Part shown: piece after piece, positions 23,228 through 32,591 of the stretch
Position numbering within the stretch: position 1 is the stretch's first letter
How the letters are laid out: each line of letters opens with the position of its first letter
DNA from: a virus
Lineage: Duplodnaviria > Heunggongvirae > Uroviricota > Caudoviricetes
IMG/VR virus record: IMGVR_UViG_3300048593_000385
Length of the DNA stretch: 32,661 bases
Reading direction: 5' to 3' (one strand)
Made by a program: the position numbers and the translations under genes
Notes under the pieces: generated by a model
The model's database searches: none
Told to the model about the DNA's origin: nothing
Seen by the model: the letters and a program-made list of their open reading frames with translations, nothing else

Positions 23228-24294
23228 GCCAAATTCAGCGCCTCATTATATAGAGATTTGATTAGAGCATCAAGTCTCGTCTTATCTACTTCTACTTGCA
23301 TACTGTCGATAGACTTGTGTAGCATTGTCATCGTATCGTCTAGATTCTCAAGGATCTCTTCATCATCAACCATATCCAGATTCAAGTTGTCATCAACAAT
23401 CTGAACATGAGCAGGGTTGGCCTTCTCGATTTTATCCATAAACAGATCAAACCAATAGGGATTGTTCTTATTGGTGACGATGACCTTGACGAACGTATCC
23501 TTCAGATTAGAGAAGTCGAATGCATTTAGTTCTTCTGCATCTTTCCACTTAATATCATTATACTGTACTTTGTGAAATAAAGCAAGAGGATTCGGAATAA
23601 AAGTTAATTCAGTTGTCTCGGTGTCGAAAATATGGAAACCCTTTTGGTCACCATAGTCCGACCATGTCATCTCATACGGGCATCCGAGATAGTGAATATT
23701 GCCACGGCTGGATTTGTGGTGGAAGTGACCTGACATTACCACATCAAACTTAGAGAACACTTCAGCAGTCATACCACCTTGGTGGACAGCCCCCCGATGC
23801 ATTTCGAAACCACTGAGTTCGAGATGACCCATCAGAACCGAAGCATCCGAATTGTCAATCACATTCATAGCAGCATCAAAATTGTCAGAGCAAATCCAAG
23901 GCATGAATGCAATTTTGCGACCACCAATAGTCACATCGGTAGGGTCAGAATAAACTCCCATATACTTCTCGTATTCTCCGAGCAATAAGTTAGGAGAATT
24001 TACATCGTTGGTATTCTTGAAGTAGGTGTCATGATTGCCTACGATCTCGTGCAGAAACAGATTGTTCTTGACCAGATGGTCATAGAAATACTTCTTGCAT
24101 CGAGACAGAGACTGGAAGTTGATGTATTTGCGGCGATCAAAGGCATCACCAAGATGGATGATTTCCTTGATACCATTGTCAACCAGATAAGGGAAAAATA
24201 CTTCAGAGTAAAAACGATCAAAGAAATTTGCAAGAACTTCACTGTCGTTGCGAGCACCAAAATGGGTGTCAGTAATTAATGCAATTTTAGCCAC
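23224..24294 (-). CDS. 47: Mre11/SbcD-like nuclease (T4 gp47)
   Basis: DTHFG, GDAFD, GNHD, GHLE, SGHFH. Confidence 0.96.
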   Translation of the reverse strand: MAKIALITDTHFGARNDSEVLANFFDRFYSEVFFPYLVDNGIKEIIHLGDAFDRRKYINFQSLSRCKKYFYDHLVKNNLFLHEIVGNHDTYFKNTNDVNSPNLLLGEYEKYMGVYSDPTDVTIGGRKIAFMPWICSDNFDAAMNVIDNSDASVLMGHLELSGFEMHRGAVHQGGMTAEVFSKFDVVMSGHFHHKSSRGNIHYLGCPYEMTWSDYGDQKGFHIFDTETTELTFIPNPLALFHKVQYNDIKWKDAEELNAFDFSNLKDTFVKVIVTNKNNPYWFDLFMDKIEKANPAHVQIVDDNLNLDMVDDEEILENLDDTMTMLHKSIDSMQVEVDKTRLDALIKSLYNEALNLA

Positions 24295-24297
24295 AAA

Positions 24298-24846
24298 TCA
24301 ATCCTCAATAAAGTTTTCAAGAGCCTTCTTCTCTTTCTTCTTCTTGTTCTTTTCAATATTGTCTTCGAAGGTAGAGATGAACCTCTGAGTATTCTCATGA
24401 ACCTCAGGAGTAATTGCATGGAATGCTTCGTCAGCGCCATGGATGAAGTGCTGATTGTTTATGATCATATTGTCCATAGCTTTGTATTTGATATACTGCT
24501 GTTTCTTTTCCTTCTGAATTCTATGAATGAAGGCATGCCAGACAACCTGAGTAAAATACGAGAATGGATTGGTAGATTTCTCTGGTTTGAAACTGCGAAT
24601 ATATTGAATGCAGTTTTCGATAGCATCTCCAATCATTTCTTCCTTGTAGGAATAGTTCATGAAGTTTGGTTTGTTGGATAATTTAGTGGCGATCTTGTAG
24701 AAACATTCGCCGATGTAGTTAGGGATGCGAGGATACTCATCACCAGATTCTTCTGCTTCATTGCAGAGATCTTTGTATTTCTTCATTTCTTCGAAGAAAC
24801 GCTTATTATCAATGTAGTACGCACCTGTGCGTCTTTTGCCTGCCAT
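24298..24846 (-). CDS. 55: late transcription sigma factor (T4 gp55)
   Basis: YIGECFYKIA, PNFMNYSYKEEMIGDAIENC, NPFSYFTQ, RIQKEKKQ; C-terminal LENF. Confidence 0.95.
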   Translation of the reverse strand: MAGKRRTGAYYIDNKRFFEEMKKYKDLCNEAEESGDEYPRIPNYIGECFYKIATKLSNKPNFMNYSYKEEMIGDAIENCIQYIRSFKPEKSTNPFSYFTQVVWHAFIHRIQKEKKQQYIKYKAMDNMIINNQHFIHGADEAFHAITPEVHENTQRFISTFEDNIEKNKKKKEKKALENFIED

Positions 24847-24879
24847 AATCAATCCTTATATTGCGGAGATCCAATTATC

Positions 24880-24908
24880 ACTATACCTCTATATTGATAA
24901 AATAGCAA
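24880..24908 (-). promoter_or_regulatory. sigma70-type promoter for gp55 (TTGCTA-17-TATAGT)
   Basis: 17-bp spacing; A/T-tract upstream (UP-like). Confidence 0.7.
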
Positions 24909-24989
24909 GAAAAAAATATCGTCAAACTCTAAAAATAAGACTTGACATTTGGACTGTTTCGAGTTATAAGAGGGTGTAGCCCTTTAAAA

Positions 24990-25418
24990 CTAATTGAGTT
25001 TCTTCTTGTTGATTGGCACTGAGTCGCTGAGTATGCTTTTGAACATCTCTTGGAGCATATCCAAATCCAGGAACTCCTCGGTTTCTTTAGATCTCTTCTC
25101 CATCATTTTCTTTCTTACATCCCCGATGCTCGGATAGAACGCAAGCCAAGAATCATCATATTGCTGCAGTATACTTTCTTTCGGGACTGTCACTGTCATA
25201 ATAAGATCATGGCTCATGAGCGCCATAACTGTGCTTGACAGAGGATCATATGGCGAAAACACATAATCAATGTTGCCTTCGACAGTTTTGATTTCAATTA
25301 ACATTGGAGCATAGATAGCTATCATATCTTTGTCGGCATTGATAACCTGACCGATGATTCTATCATTGTTGGTCAACCGTAACAGAACGGTGTCCATTTC
25401 TTCTTCAAATTCTAACAT
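24990..25418 (-). CDS. conserved hypothetical protein between uvsW and gp55 (possible Sm-like fold)
   Basis: LLRLTNNDRIIG; probable start ATG 25418 overlapping the uvsW end. Confidence 0.65.
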   Translation of the reverse strand: MLEFEEEMDTVLLRLTNNDRIIGQVINADKDMIAIYAPMLIEIKTVEGNIDYVFSPYDPLSSTVMALMSHDLIMTVTVPKESILQQYDDSWLAFYPSIGDVRKKMMEKRSKETEEFLDLDMLQEMFKSILSDSVPINKKKLN

Positions 25419-26859
25419 TATATACCTTGTGATTAAACTTCTCTGAGCCGTAGATCTTGAGTCTTTCCTCAAAATGCTTCAGAGTATAATTTTTATGGGA
25501 CTTGATACTTAGGTCATCCACAATGTCGTATAATACAGCATGTTCTTTGGTTTCATGCTGACGAAGCATACGACCGATTGACTGTAGAACTTTAATTTTC
25601 GACTTGGAAGGAGATGCAGCAACCATATGATGCAGCTTTTTGATACTCACTCCTGTCGACGTAGTGCCGAGTGAAGCCACGATAGTAGCGTCCTCTTCAT
25701 CCTCGATAGCGATGCGAATTGCTTCTCTGTCCATTCCCGAAACCCCACCATCAATATAGAACACATTAGTAGTCCCACTATCGCGTATGGAATCAAATAT
25801 GGCTTGGCCGTGACTAATAACCCTAAAGAATACAAGTTTGTTACCTTTCAGCGAGAGCGTCAGGTTCTTGATGAATTCATTCCTCGGCTCGTAGGTGGTA
25901 AGAAAATCAATTTCCTCTTGATAAGTCTTTCCCTTTAACTGTTTAGCGATTTCCTCAGGATACTTCAGAGTGATGCATTTAATCTTGATATCAGCCACGT
26001 GCCCTTGATCAATCAAAGATCGAGTCGTAGTTGTTTTATATTGTGCTCCGAACAGCCCTTCAATCGTAGCTTTGTTCAGTTCGATATTATCTAGGGTTCC
26101 TGTTGTGCCGAATCTGTATGGCGTATTCTCCATAGCCGAGAGAATCTTGATCAGAGTCGTAGCCTTAGCGCCATGACATTCATCGCCGATTACGACCTGG
26201 AACTGGTCATACCATTTCTTATTGACTTTGCTCTTGCCGTTGTCCAGCGACTGCCATGTTGTGATGACAATATCTGCAGGAATGTCTAATTCTTTTGAGA
26301 GTCCGCCTGTAGAAACATGGATCTCGCCCTTGTATCCGTAGCTTTCGAAATCGCTTTTCATCTGAGAAACCAGACCAATGGTCGGAACAATTATCAGTGT
26401 CTTTTTCTTGTACCACTGCATGATGAAATAAATCATCAGCGATTTTCCTGAGCTGGTTGGAGAAACAAGTGTTCTCCTGCGCGAGCGAAGAGATTTTACT
26501 ACAGCATCAATCTGATAATCTCTGGTCTCCACCCAAGATGGCAGATCAAGAGTCTCGATCATTTCTTCTACTTCTTTGACAGAAATATTGTCGTGATATA
26601 GTTCTGGGTCAAAGGTGAAGTTGTATTGACGCTGGTCGCAGAATTTCTTAATTCTCTGGGCTAGTCCGACATAGCAAACTCCAGTAATGCGATTGACCAG
26701 AGAGATATTACCATCCCAAATTTTAGCTCTGTATTTCGGGTGGAACCGATAGTTCTCCGCCTTCCATGTCAGCGCATCCGCGAGTTCCATCAGTGTTCCC
26801 TTGTCGGTGACAACCTGACAGTGCGTATGATTTAAAAATTTGAGATGGATGTTGCTCAT
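25405..26859 (-). CDS. uvsW: SF2 helicase UvsW
   Basis: RDYQ, SPTSSGKS, TWQS, GDECH, TTGT, QSIGRMLR. Confidence 0.95.
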   Translation of the reverse strand: MSNIHLKFLNHTHCQVVTDKGTLMELADALTWKAENYRFHPKYRAKIWDGNISLVNRITGVCYVGLAQRIKKFCDQRQYNFTFDPELYHDNISVKEVEEMIETLDLPSWVETRDYQIDAVVKSLRSRRRTLVSPTSSGKSLMIYFIMQWYKKKTLIIVPTIGLVSQMKSDFESYGYKGEIHVSTGGLSKELDIPADIVITTWQSLDNGKSKVNKKWYDQFQVVIGDECHGAKATTLIKILSAMENTPYRFGTTGTLDNIELNKATIEGLFGAQYKTTTTRSLIDQGHVADIKIKCITLKYPEEIAKQLKGKTYQEEIDFLTTYEPRNEFIKNLTLSLKGNKLVFFRVISHGQAIFDSIRDSGTTNVFYIDGGVSGMDREAIRIAIEDEEDATIVASLGTTSTGVSIKKLHHMVAASPSKSKIKVLQSIGRMLRQHETKEHAVLYDIVDDLSIKSHKNYTLKHFEERLKIYGSEKFNHKVYNVRI

Positions 26860-27293
26860 TAAATACCGTTCATAAGTTTCATATAATTAATTGCATTGGA
26901 TATCTGGAATCCACGATTAATAATGTTCTTGATGATTGAATCAAGGGTTGATACTTTTTCGCGCTGCAATCCAATCTTCAGTGATAATCTTTGAATTTGT
27001 GCATCAGCTTCGATATGCATATTTAGGTCGCTCTTCAGGATGAGTTTGGGATTAGGTTCCCATTCATTCTCTCTGATTGTATCCATATCAAGAGATCCTG
27101 AAAAGTATTCGCTTTTCAGTTTGAACAGAGTCTTATACTCTGCTTCGAGACGCATGAGAACCATACGTTCTGTAGTGTAGAATTTAAGGTATTTGCTGTG
27201 TAGAAGAGGAATCTTCAGGGATTCATCGTCAAGGTCGGTCTTACTGATTTTAGAATCTTCAGACCAATTTTCAAAAACATCATCAAGAGTCAT
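26859..27293 (-). CDS. uvsY: recombination mediator UvsY
   Basis: ESLKIPLLHSKY, RGFQISNAI; synteny 3-uvsY-uvsW. Confidence 0.9.
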   Translation of the reverse strand: MTLDDVFENWSEDSKISKTDLDDESLKIPLLHSKYLKFYTTERMVLMRLEAEYKTLFKLKSEYFSGSLDMDTIRENEWEPNPKLILKSDLNMHIEADAQIQRLSLKIGLQREKVSTLDSIIKNIINRGFQISNAINYMKLMNGI

Positions 27294-27314
27294 AATATAC
27301 CTTTTTGGTTAAAG

Positions 27315-27839
27315 TTAATTCAGATATTCGTATTTATACAGCAGATAATTGAATTGCACGGAAGCTGAGATATAGTTGATATTGTTAGAATCGGTTTCTA
27401 ACGTGAACCCAGATAGTTTTTCTGGCACCATATCTTGAAATACAACCTGGATATTTGGAGTCATTTTGTTGTTTAGAATGATCAGATTGCCTTGTGAATA
27501 CACCGAATCTTTGTCCCATGCAGGTCTGCGGTAGATTGCGGCAGATTGATCAAAATTCTCTGGGAAACCTAAAGCAGTGATCCAATCATACAATTCAAAA
27601 TATCCACGAAGATCTTCGTCCAATTTGAAATGGATCGTCAGACTATCATATGATATTTGATCACCAGGAACCGTGTCCCTGACGAATGGGTTAGGTCTGA
27701 ATACAGTAGGAAGAGTGACTCCAGGAAAGTCCACTTTCTGAATAAAATAGTTGAAGCTCGGTGCGCGAGCAATCTCAAACTTAAATCCAACTTCGGATAA
27801 GAAATTCAGATTTTGTGGTCTATTATCTGTAGCAGACAT
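27315..27839 (-). CDS. 3: tail tube terminator / sheath stabiliser (T4 gp3)
   Basis: NFLS..GFKF, PGD.ISY..L, F.LDEDL..Y.ELYDW; position after gp23. Confidence 0.85.
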   Translation of the reverse strand: MSATDNRPQNLNFLSEVGFKFEIARAPSFNYFIQKVDFPGVTLPTVFRPNPFVRDTVPGDQISYDSLTIHFKLDEDLRGYFELYDWITALGFPENFDQSAAIYRRPAWDKDSVYSQGNLIILNNKMTPNIQVVFQDMVPEKLSGFTLETDSNNINYISASVQFNYLLYKYEYLN

Positions 27840-27860
27840 TATGCGGTTTCTCCAATTATC

Positions 27861-27889
27861 AGTATACTATTTATTAGAAAAAAAGTCAA
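27861..27889 (-). promoter_or_regulatory. sigma70 promoter (TTGACT-17-TATACT) with a late-type AATAAATA nested in its spacer
   Basis: -35 at 27884-27889, -10 at 27861-27866, AATAAATA at 27868-27875. Confidence 0.7.
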
Positions 27890-27892
27890 GCC

Positions 27893-27925
27893 CAAAAGAA
27901 ATGGGCGAGGATTTCTCCCCGCCCA
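27893..27925 (-). terminator. intrinsic terminator after gp23
   Basis: TGGGCGGGGA-GAAA-TCCTCGCCCA followed by TTTCTTTT on the - strand. Confidence 0.85.
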
Positions 27926-27951
27926 AATCGAAATTAAACTTGAAACAACCC

Positions 27952-29298
27952 TTAGAGGATGTTGTTTACAAGCACGCGACGGTAGTACACGTTTGTGTTC
28001 TGGACGAGAGTGCCGTCCGAACCGTTTGCACCACGTGAGAATGGGTTCGCGACAACGCCGTAACGAGTCTTGAAACCAATCTTAGGCTGGAAGGAATCTT
28101 GACCAACCGCACGAACCATCTGTAGTGGAACGTATGGGCAGTAGAACAGACCAGCGTCGAATGCAGAAGCACCCTTGTAGCCAACTGTCATAAAGTTACC
28201 AGCAGCATATGGATCGATGTAAACGCGAATACGTCCGTTAAGAACACCAGCAAAAGTATTGCCTGTGTCATCAACTTGGAGGTTGTTCGAGTTAAGAGCA
28301 GGAGCGTAATCCAGAACGCCAGCCATCTGAAGAGCCGAAGCAACGTCAGAAGAGCAGATCAGGATGTTACCCTTACCACGACGGGTATTCTTTGCGATTG
28401 CGTTAGCTTCACGCTCGATTTGGAACATCAGACCCTTGAATTTTTCAACTGACCAACGACCGTTGGAATCGATGTCAAGATCGAAAGTACCAGCAACCGA
28501 AGTATCAGCAGCACCTTGAGTAGCTGTGAGGTTGATAGTACGAACGATTTCGCGGTTGATTTCAGCAAGGATTTCAGCCGACAGAATTGTTGACAATTCT
28601 GTTTCAGCGTCCAGACCGTGAATTGCTTTCAGATCTTGTGCGAGTTCGATTGTGTATTCAGCCTTCAGCGCACGTGACTTAGCAGTAACAGTTACCTTGT
28701 CAATGCTGAATGCCATTTGGTTGAAGTCGCTGTTGCCAGTTGAACCAAGAGCTTCAGCCTGTGCAGTGTTTGCGCCACCAGCGAAGTTATAAGTTGCAGA
28801 GTTACCTGAAACTGTAACAGCAGTGTTAACACCGTAGATGCCACCCCAGTTACCGCCCGAGTTGCCGAGGGTAGTATTACCAACAGCGCCTGTGCCGTAT
28901 GTCGAGTGACCTGTGTTAGCTTCGTAGTAGAATGCGTTAGCACCCGACTGCGAGTCATACTGTGGACGCAGAGCGAAGATAAGACCAGTTGGACCAGTCA
29001 TTGGCTGAACGCCGCAGATGTCGTAAGCGATCAGGTTTGGCATCGCACGACGAACGAGCGAGATAAGAACTGGGTCGTAGTTCTGTACGCCACCAGCAAG
29101 CGAAGTAGCCAGAGCACCTGAAGTTTCTGTCATCAGAGAGGTTTGTCCGCCCTGAGCGCCTTCTTCGATCAAAGCCTTTTCGGTGTTCTCAAGAAGCTGA
29201 GCAACAACTGCACGCTTGTTCTTGTCGGCGATTGTTGGAAGAGCGTCGTGCTCGAGAATAGCACTCCACTTTTCTTGGATTTCGTGATTAAAGTTCAT
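27952..29298 (-). CDS. 23: major capsid protein (T4 gp23)
   Basis: DPVLISLVRRAMPNLIAYDICGVQPMTGPTGLIFA, KSRALKAEYTIELAQDLKAIHGLDAE, FYCPYVPL, FQPKIGFKTRYG. Confidence 0.98.
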   Translation of the reverse strand: MNFNHEIQEKWSAILEHDALPTIADKNKRAVVAQLLENTEKALIEEGAQGGQTSLMTETSGALATSLAGGVQNYDPVLISLVRRAMPNLIAYDICGVQPMTGPTGLIFALRPQYDSQSGANAFYYEANTGHSTYGTGAVGNTTLGNSGGNWGGIYGVNTAVTVSGNSATYNFAGGANTAQAEALGSTGNSDFNQMAFSIDKVTVTAKSRALKAEYTIELAQDLKAIHGLDAETELSTILSAEILAEINREIVRTINLTATQGAADTSVAGTFDLDIDSNGRWSVEKFKGLMFQIEREANAIAKNTRRGKGNILICSSDVASALQMAGVLDYAPALNSNNLQVDDTGNTFAGVLNGRIRVYIDPYAAGNFMTVGYKGASAFDAGLFYCPYVPLQMVRAVGQDSFQPKIGFKTRYGVVANPFSRGANGSDGTLVQNTNVYYRRVLVNNIL

Positions 29299-29334
29299 CG
29301 GTAAACTCCCTATTTCTTTATTTGGGTTGTATAT

Positions 29335-29349
29335 TATTTATTATTTAGA
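29335..29349 (-). promoter_or_regulatory. late promoter(s) for gp23 (tandem TAAATA)
   Basis: TCTAAATA and AATAAATA overlapping the gp22 stop codon. Confidence 0.65.
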
Positions 29350-30423
29350 AATTCTTGAAAGCGAATCAACGTATGCTTTCATGTGAGCAGGAACTGCCTT
29401 TACTTCTGCATCATCATTAAAATCTTCAGTCAGAGGTTCGGCTGCAGCATTGCTGATAGTCTTGCCTGAGAAGTAGGTTTCTTTGATGGTTTCAACCTTG
29501 CTTGCAAATTCATCGGCATCTGAGAAACTGATATTTTCAGCAAGAGAAACAAACTTCTCTTTCTGTGAAACAGTCATGCCTTCGGTCATTTCAGCAACAA
29601 GATCGGTGATACGAGATTCTTCAAGCTTGTCTTCGAGAGAAATTCTGATGTCAACTTCTTCAGATAGACGAGCTTTTAGATTTTCGATTTCTTCTGCCAT
29701 ATCAGCCAGCACATCAGACTTTTCTTCCGAAACAGTGATGTAGTTGGATTCAAATGTTTCCTTCAGAGAAAGAAGGAGTTCTTCAGCCATTTCGGCTTTC
29801 AGACCATTGTCGACTGCCAGTTGGTTTGTTTCCATCCATTCTTTGGCGACATATGACATATATTTGTCAACTGATTCAACGACTTCTTCGTGAACCAGAT
29901 CGATAGCTTCTTGTAGAGCTTCTGTGAATTGTTCTTCCAGACGAGCTTCAACAATCGAGATGCGAGAATTGACAGCAGCTTCATAAACTGTAGCAGCCTT
30001 TGTCATCAGTTCTTCTGATAGTTCTTCACCATCAAAGATTTCTGATACATCTTCTTTAGCATTGATTGCTTGAGTGTGTGGAGTTGTTGATTGGAAAGTA
30101 GGCTTAACTGCTGTTGGTGTATGAGTAGTTGTAGCATAAGTTTCGCCAGCATTGCCCTTGTCAGCAGGACGAGAATTGTCCGCACTTGTGTGAGCTTTGT
30201 AGATATCGAATAGTTCGTCTTTGCCACGAGCCTGGAGATCGTGCATCAGAGCAGCGAGAACTTCAGCTTTGGTTGACATCGAGTAAGATGTTTCGCCTGT
30301 GCTTTTGTCAGCTGGACGTGACGACGTTCCTGCAGATGTTGGTCCTGGTAGGACATCGTTGTGCGAAGAAGATGTAAACTCGTCGAGTTGTTCATCTTCA
30401 ACAATGTTTTTTCTTGTTGCCAT
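29341..30423 (-). CDS. 22: prohead core scaffold protein (T4 gp22)
   Basis: Acidic coiled-coil; KAATVYEAAV, VDKYMSYVAKEWM, IKETYF, MKAYV; lies between gp21 and gp23. Confidence 0.92.
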   Translation of the reverse strand: MATRKNIVEDEQLDEFTSSSHNDVLPGPTSAGTSSRPADKSTGETSYSMSTKAEVLAALMHDLQARGKDELFDIYKAHTSADNSRPADKGNAGETYATTTHTPTAVKPTFQSTTPHTQAINAKEDVSEIFDGEELSEELMTKAATVYEAAVNSRISIVEARLEEQFTEALQEAIDLVHEEVVESVDKYMSYVAKEWMETNQLAVDNGLKAEMAEELLLSLKETFESNYITVSEEKSDVLADMAEEIENLKARLSEEVDIRISLEDKLEESRITDLVAEMTEGMTVSQKEKFVSLAENISFSDADEFASKVETIKETYFSGKTISNAAAEPLTEDFNDDAEVKAVPAHMKAYVDSLSRISK

Positions 30424-30456
30424 TGTTAAACTCCTTTGAGAGAAATTCTTATTTCT

Positions 30457-30464
30457 TATTTATA
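30457..30464 (-). promoter_or_regulatory. T4 late promoter TATAAATA upstream of gp22
   Basis: Exact consensus about 33 nt upstream of the start. Confidence 0.75.
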
Positions 30465-30469
30465 TTTTA

Positions 30470-31138
30470 CTATTTTCTAGACAATTTGTTTAAAAACTGG
30501 CTGAAAAGTGCAATACTATTTTCATTGATGGTAGCGATAGAAGATCTATGTAATTCTTTTTTCGTATCTTCAATAAACTCTTGTGCTCTCCAGTTATTAC
30601 CAGCAGCGTCATATACCCAACTGACATTTTCCATAATGCCTTTGACGAACGCTGTTGGAGCTGAAGGATCAGCAACAACGTCAGCTGCAGTTGCCAGCAT
30701 AAAATCTGGACCAACAACAGCAACACCATTGCTATTTTTTGCGACGGAACCCATGCCTCTTGAGGACATACCAAGTTCAAATCCGTCTTCGATTAAACCT
30801 TTAACGATCTCTCCCATAGGAGTGCTCGCGACTTTGGCGCGACCAATAACATGATCGCCATCCCATGTCAGAGATTCGTGCTTGATGCAAACTCTATCGA
30901 GGTTGATAGTTGGACCTTGTGGATGCCCGAGTTCGCCATAAGCGCGATTGTTGTTTACATATTGCTCGACATATTTGTCAACAGCAGGACGGAGGACTTT
31001 ATCTTCGTAGATGCGACCATTTCTGTTAGGAGAATTTGCCATCATGAAGATACCTTCAAGATACATGTTCTTCTTGCCGTCTTCGCGAGCCTCTTTGATA
31101 ATACGAATATCTTGAACAGTTTCGGTGATAAGATACAT
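30470..31138 (-). CDS. 21: prohead protease (T4 gp21)
   Basis: MYLITE, NRNGRIY, GELGHP, GMSSRGMGS, DVVADPSAP; a GGAG RBS favours 31138. Confidence 0.96.
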   Translation of the reverse strand: MYLITETVQDIRIIKEAREDGKKNMYLEGIFMMANSPNRNGRIYEDKVLRPAVDKYVEQYVNNNRAYGELGHPQGPTINLDRVCIKHESLTWDGDHVIGRAKVASTPMGEIVKGLIEDGFELGMSSRGMGSVAKNSNGVAVVGPDFMLATAADVVADPSAPTAFVKGIMENVSWVYDAAGNNWRAQEFIEDTKKELHRSSIATINENSIALFSQFLNKLSRK

Positions 31139-31139
31139 A

Positions 31140-31484
31140 TTAGACTCCTGCTGTATTATATGCATACTTGGTAAGTCTCAACGAAAGAGTTGAGGTAGTA
31201 CCAGCAGTATTAGCTGTAATATTTGCGGCTGCGTTTGCACCCTGGAAAATGACACCTTGAGAAGTTAGATCCCAGAAACCAGCAGTATTTGCTGGTGATT
31301 GGAAAAGAACAGTAGCGCCTTGTTTGATCACCCAATCGCCTGTCCACATAATGCCAGCAACGCCCATAGTGGTCACTGTTTCAACAGAAGTATTTGGTGA
31401 TGCTAGATTTGCTGTGGTATAAGTGACATTGGCAAGATCCAATGTTCCTACATGTCCGCCGATTTGATTTTTAATGATTGCCAT
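31140..31484 (-). CDS. hypothetical structural protein upstream of gp21
   Basis: 114-aa ORF, TAATG-coupled, in the head gene cluster. Confidence 0.7.
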   Translation of the reverse strand: MAIIKNQIGGHVGTLDLANVTYTTANLASPNTSVETVTTMGVAGIMWTGDWVIKQGATVLFQSPANTAGFWDLTSQGVIFQGANAAANITANTAGTTSTLSLRLTKYAYNTAGV

Positions 31485-32410
31485 TATTCAGCACCTTCGT
31501 TAATTAGGTGGTTAAAAACGCCAACTACAGCTTCTTGCATTTTGCGTTTTGCGCGAAGAGTCGCAAGATCAGCAGCGTCGATTTTGTTTTTGTCGCCAGC
31601 AACAGAAGCAATTTCTTTTTGCTTGGATGAGAGTTTCATTTCTACGAAAGAATAAGCATTAGATTGGATCATGTCATCCACAATCTCATTGGCTTCTTCT
31701 TCTGTCATTGGTTCTGTTTCAAATCTCTCGCCTGTGGCAGAAGATTCAGCTCTAATGCAGAATAATTCTTCGCTCACTTCTGTTTCCTCTCTGCGAACTG
31801 GCATTGTTGCTGGATCCTTTTCAACTGGAGCTGTGCCAGTTTGTGGATTGTTCTTTAGGTCTTGAGTAGCATACTCATACAATCTATCGATCACTTTGCT
31901 GCACTGATCAAGTTCGCTGGCTAGTGCATCAGGAACTTCGTTGTTTTCGTCAAGGATTTCAAATGCCTCAGCAGATTGTAGGGCGATAGTTTCCAACATA
32001 CTTTTGACATTAGCTTTAGATTGCTTGAAGTCAGAGTTGTTGACAGAATACATTCCTAATGAAGGATTGTCTGAAGTGGAAGGAGAAGAAGCGACACCTG
32101 GATTTTCGCTTTCGTCTAGACCAAAACGAGATGATAGAACTTTTCTGAATGGCGATTCGTTTTCTTCGCCCATACTTCCTTCGGTCCCAGTAGTATTTTG
32201 GTCAGCTTGACGGCGACCTTGTTTTGCTTTTGTGTTGCCTTTGAACACATCATCGCCATTACCGTTACGATCCTTAGAATGAGCGTCGTCATTTGGACCT
32301 TCTACTTCGGATTGACTATCGTATGCAGTTTGTCTCTCCGACTCAGGAGCCGATGTTGAGCTTCTATATCTGCTTCCGTCTTTATCGATTGTCGCTTTAT
32401 GCCCAGCCAT
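31484..32410 (-). CDS. acidic probable prohead core/internal protein
   Basis: 308 aa, Glu/Ser-rich, several (L/V/M)xE candidate gp21 cleavage sites; gp67/68 position. Confidence 0.65.
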   Translation of the reverse strand: MAGHKATIDKDGSRYRSSTSAPESERQTAYDSQSEVEGPNDDAHSKDRNGNGDDVFKGNTKAKQGRRQADQNTTGTEGSMGEENESPFRKVLSSRFGLDESENPGVASSPSTSDNPSLGMYSVNNSDFKQSKANVKSMLETIALQSAEAFEILDENNEVPDALASELDQCSKVIDRLYEYATQDLKNNPQTGTAPVEKDPATMPVRREETEVSEELFCIRAESSATGERFETEPMTEEEANEIVDDMIQSNAYSFVEMKLSSKQKEIASVAGDKNKIDAADLATLRAKRKMQEAVVGVFNHLINEGAE

Positions 32411-32413
32411 CAG

Positions 32414-32575
32414 TTATTCCTCTTCGGTTGCTCCAATGCTTTGACCAATTTCTTGTTTTCTGGTTTCAAAAGCATTATTGATTTTATCTTTCATCACTGA
32501 ATCAAATGCCTTTTCTAAATCAGCAATATCTCCATTGATTGCGTAATTCACGACATCTTGTGTACCATATTCCAT
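32414..32575 (-). CDS. 53-aa gp67-like prohead core protein, absent from the ORF track
   Basis: MEYGTQDVVNYAINGDIADLEKAFDSVMKDKINNAFETRKQEIGQSIGATEEE*; GGAG RBS and TATAAATA (32589-32596) upstream. Confidence 0.65.
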   Translation of the reverse strand: MEYGTQDVVNYAINGDIADLEKAFDSVMKDKINNAFETRKQEIGQSIGATEEE

Positions 32576-32591
32576 AATTCTCAACTCCTAT

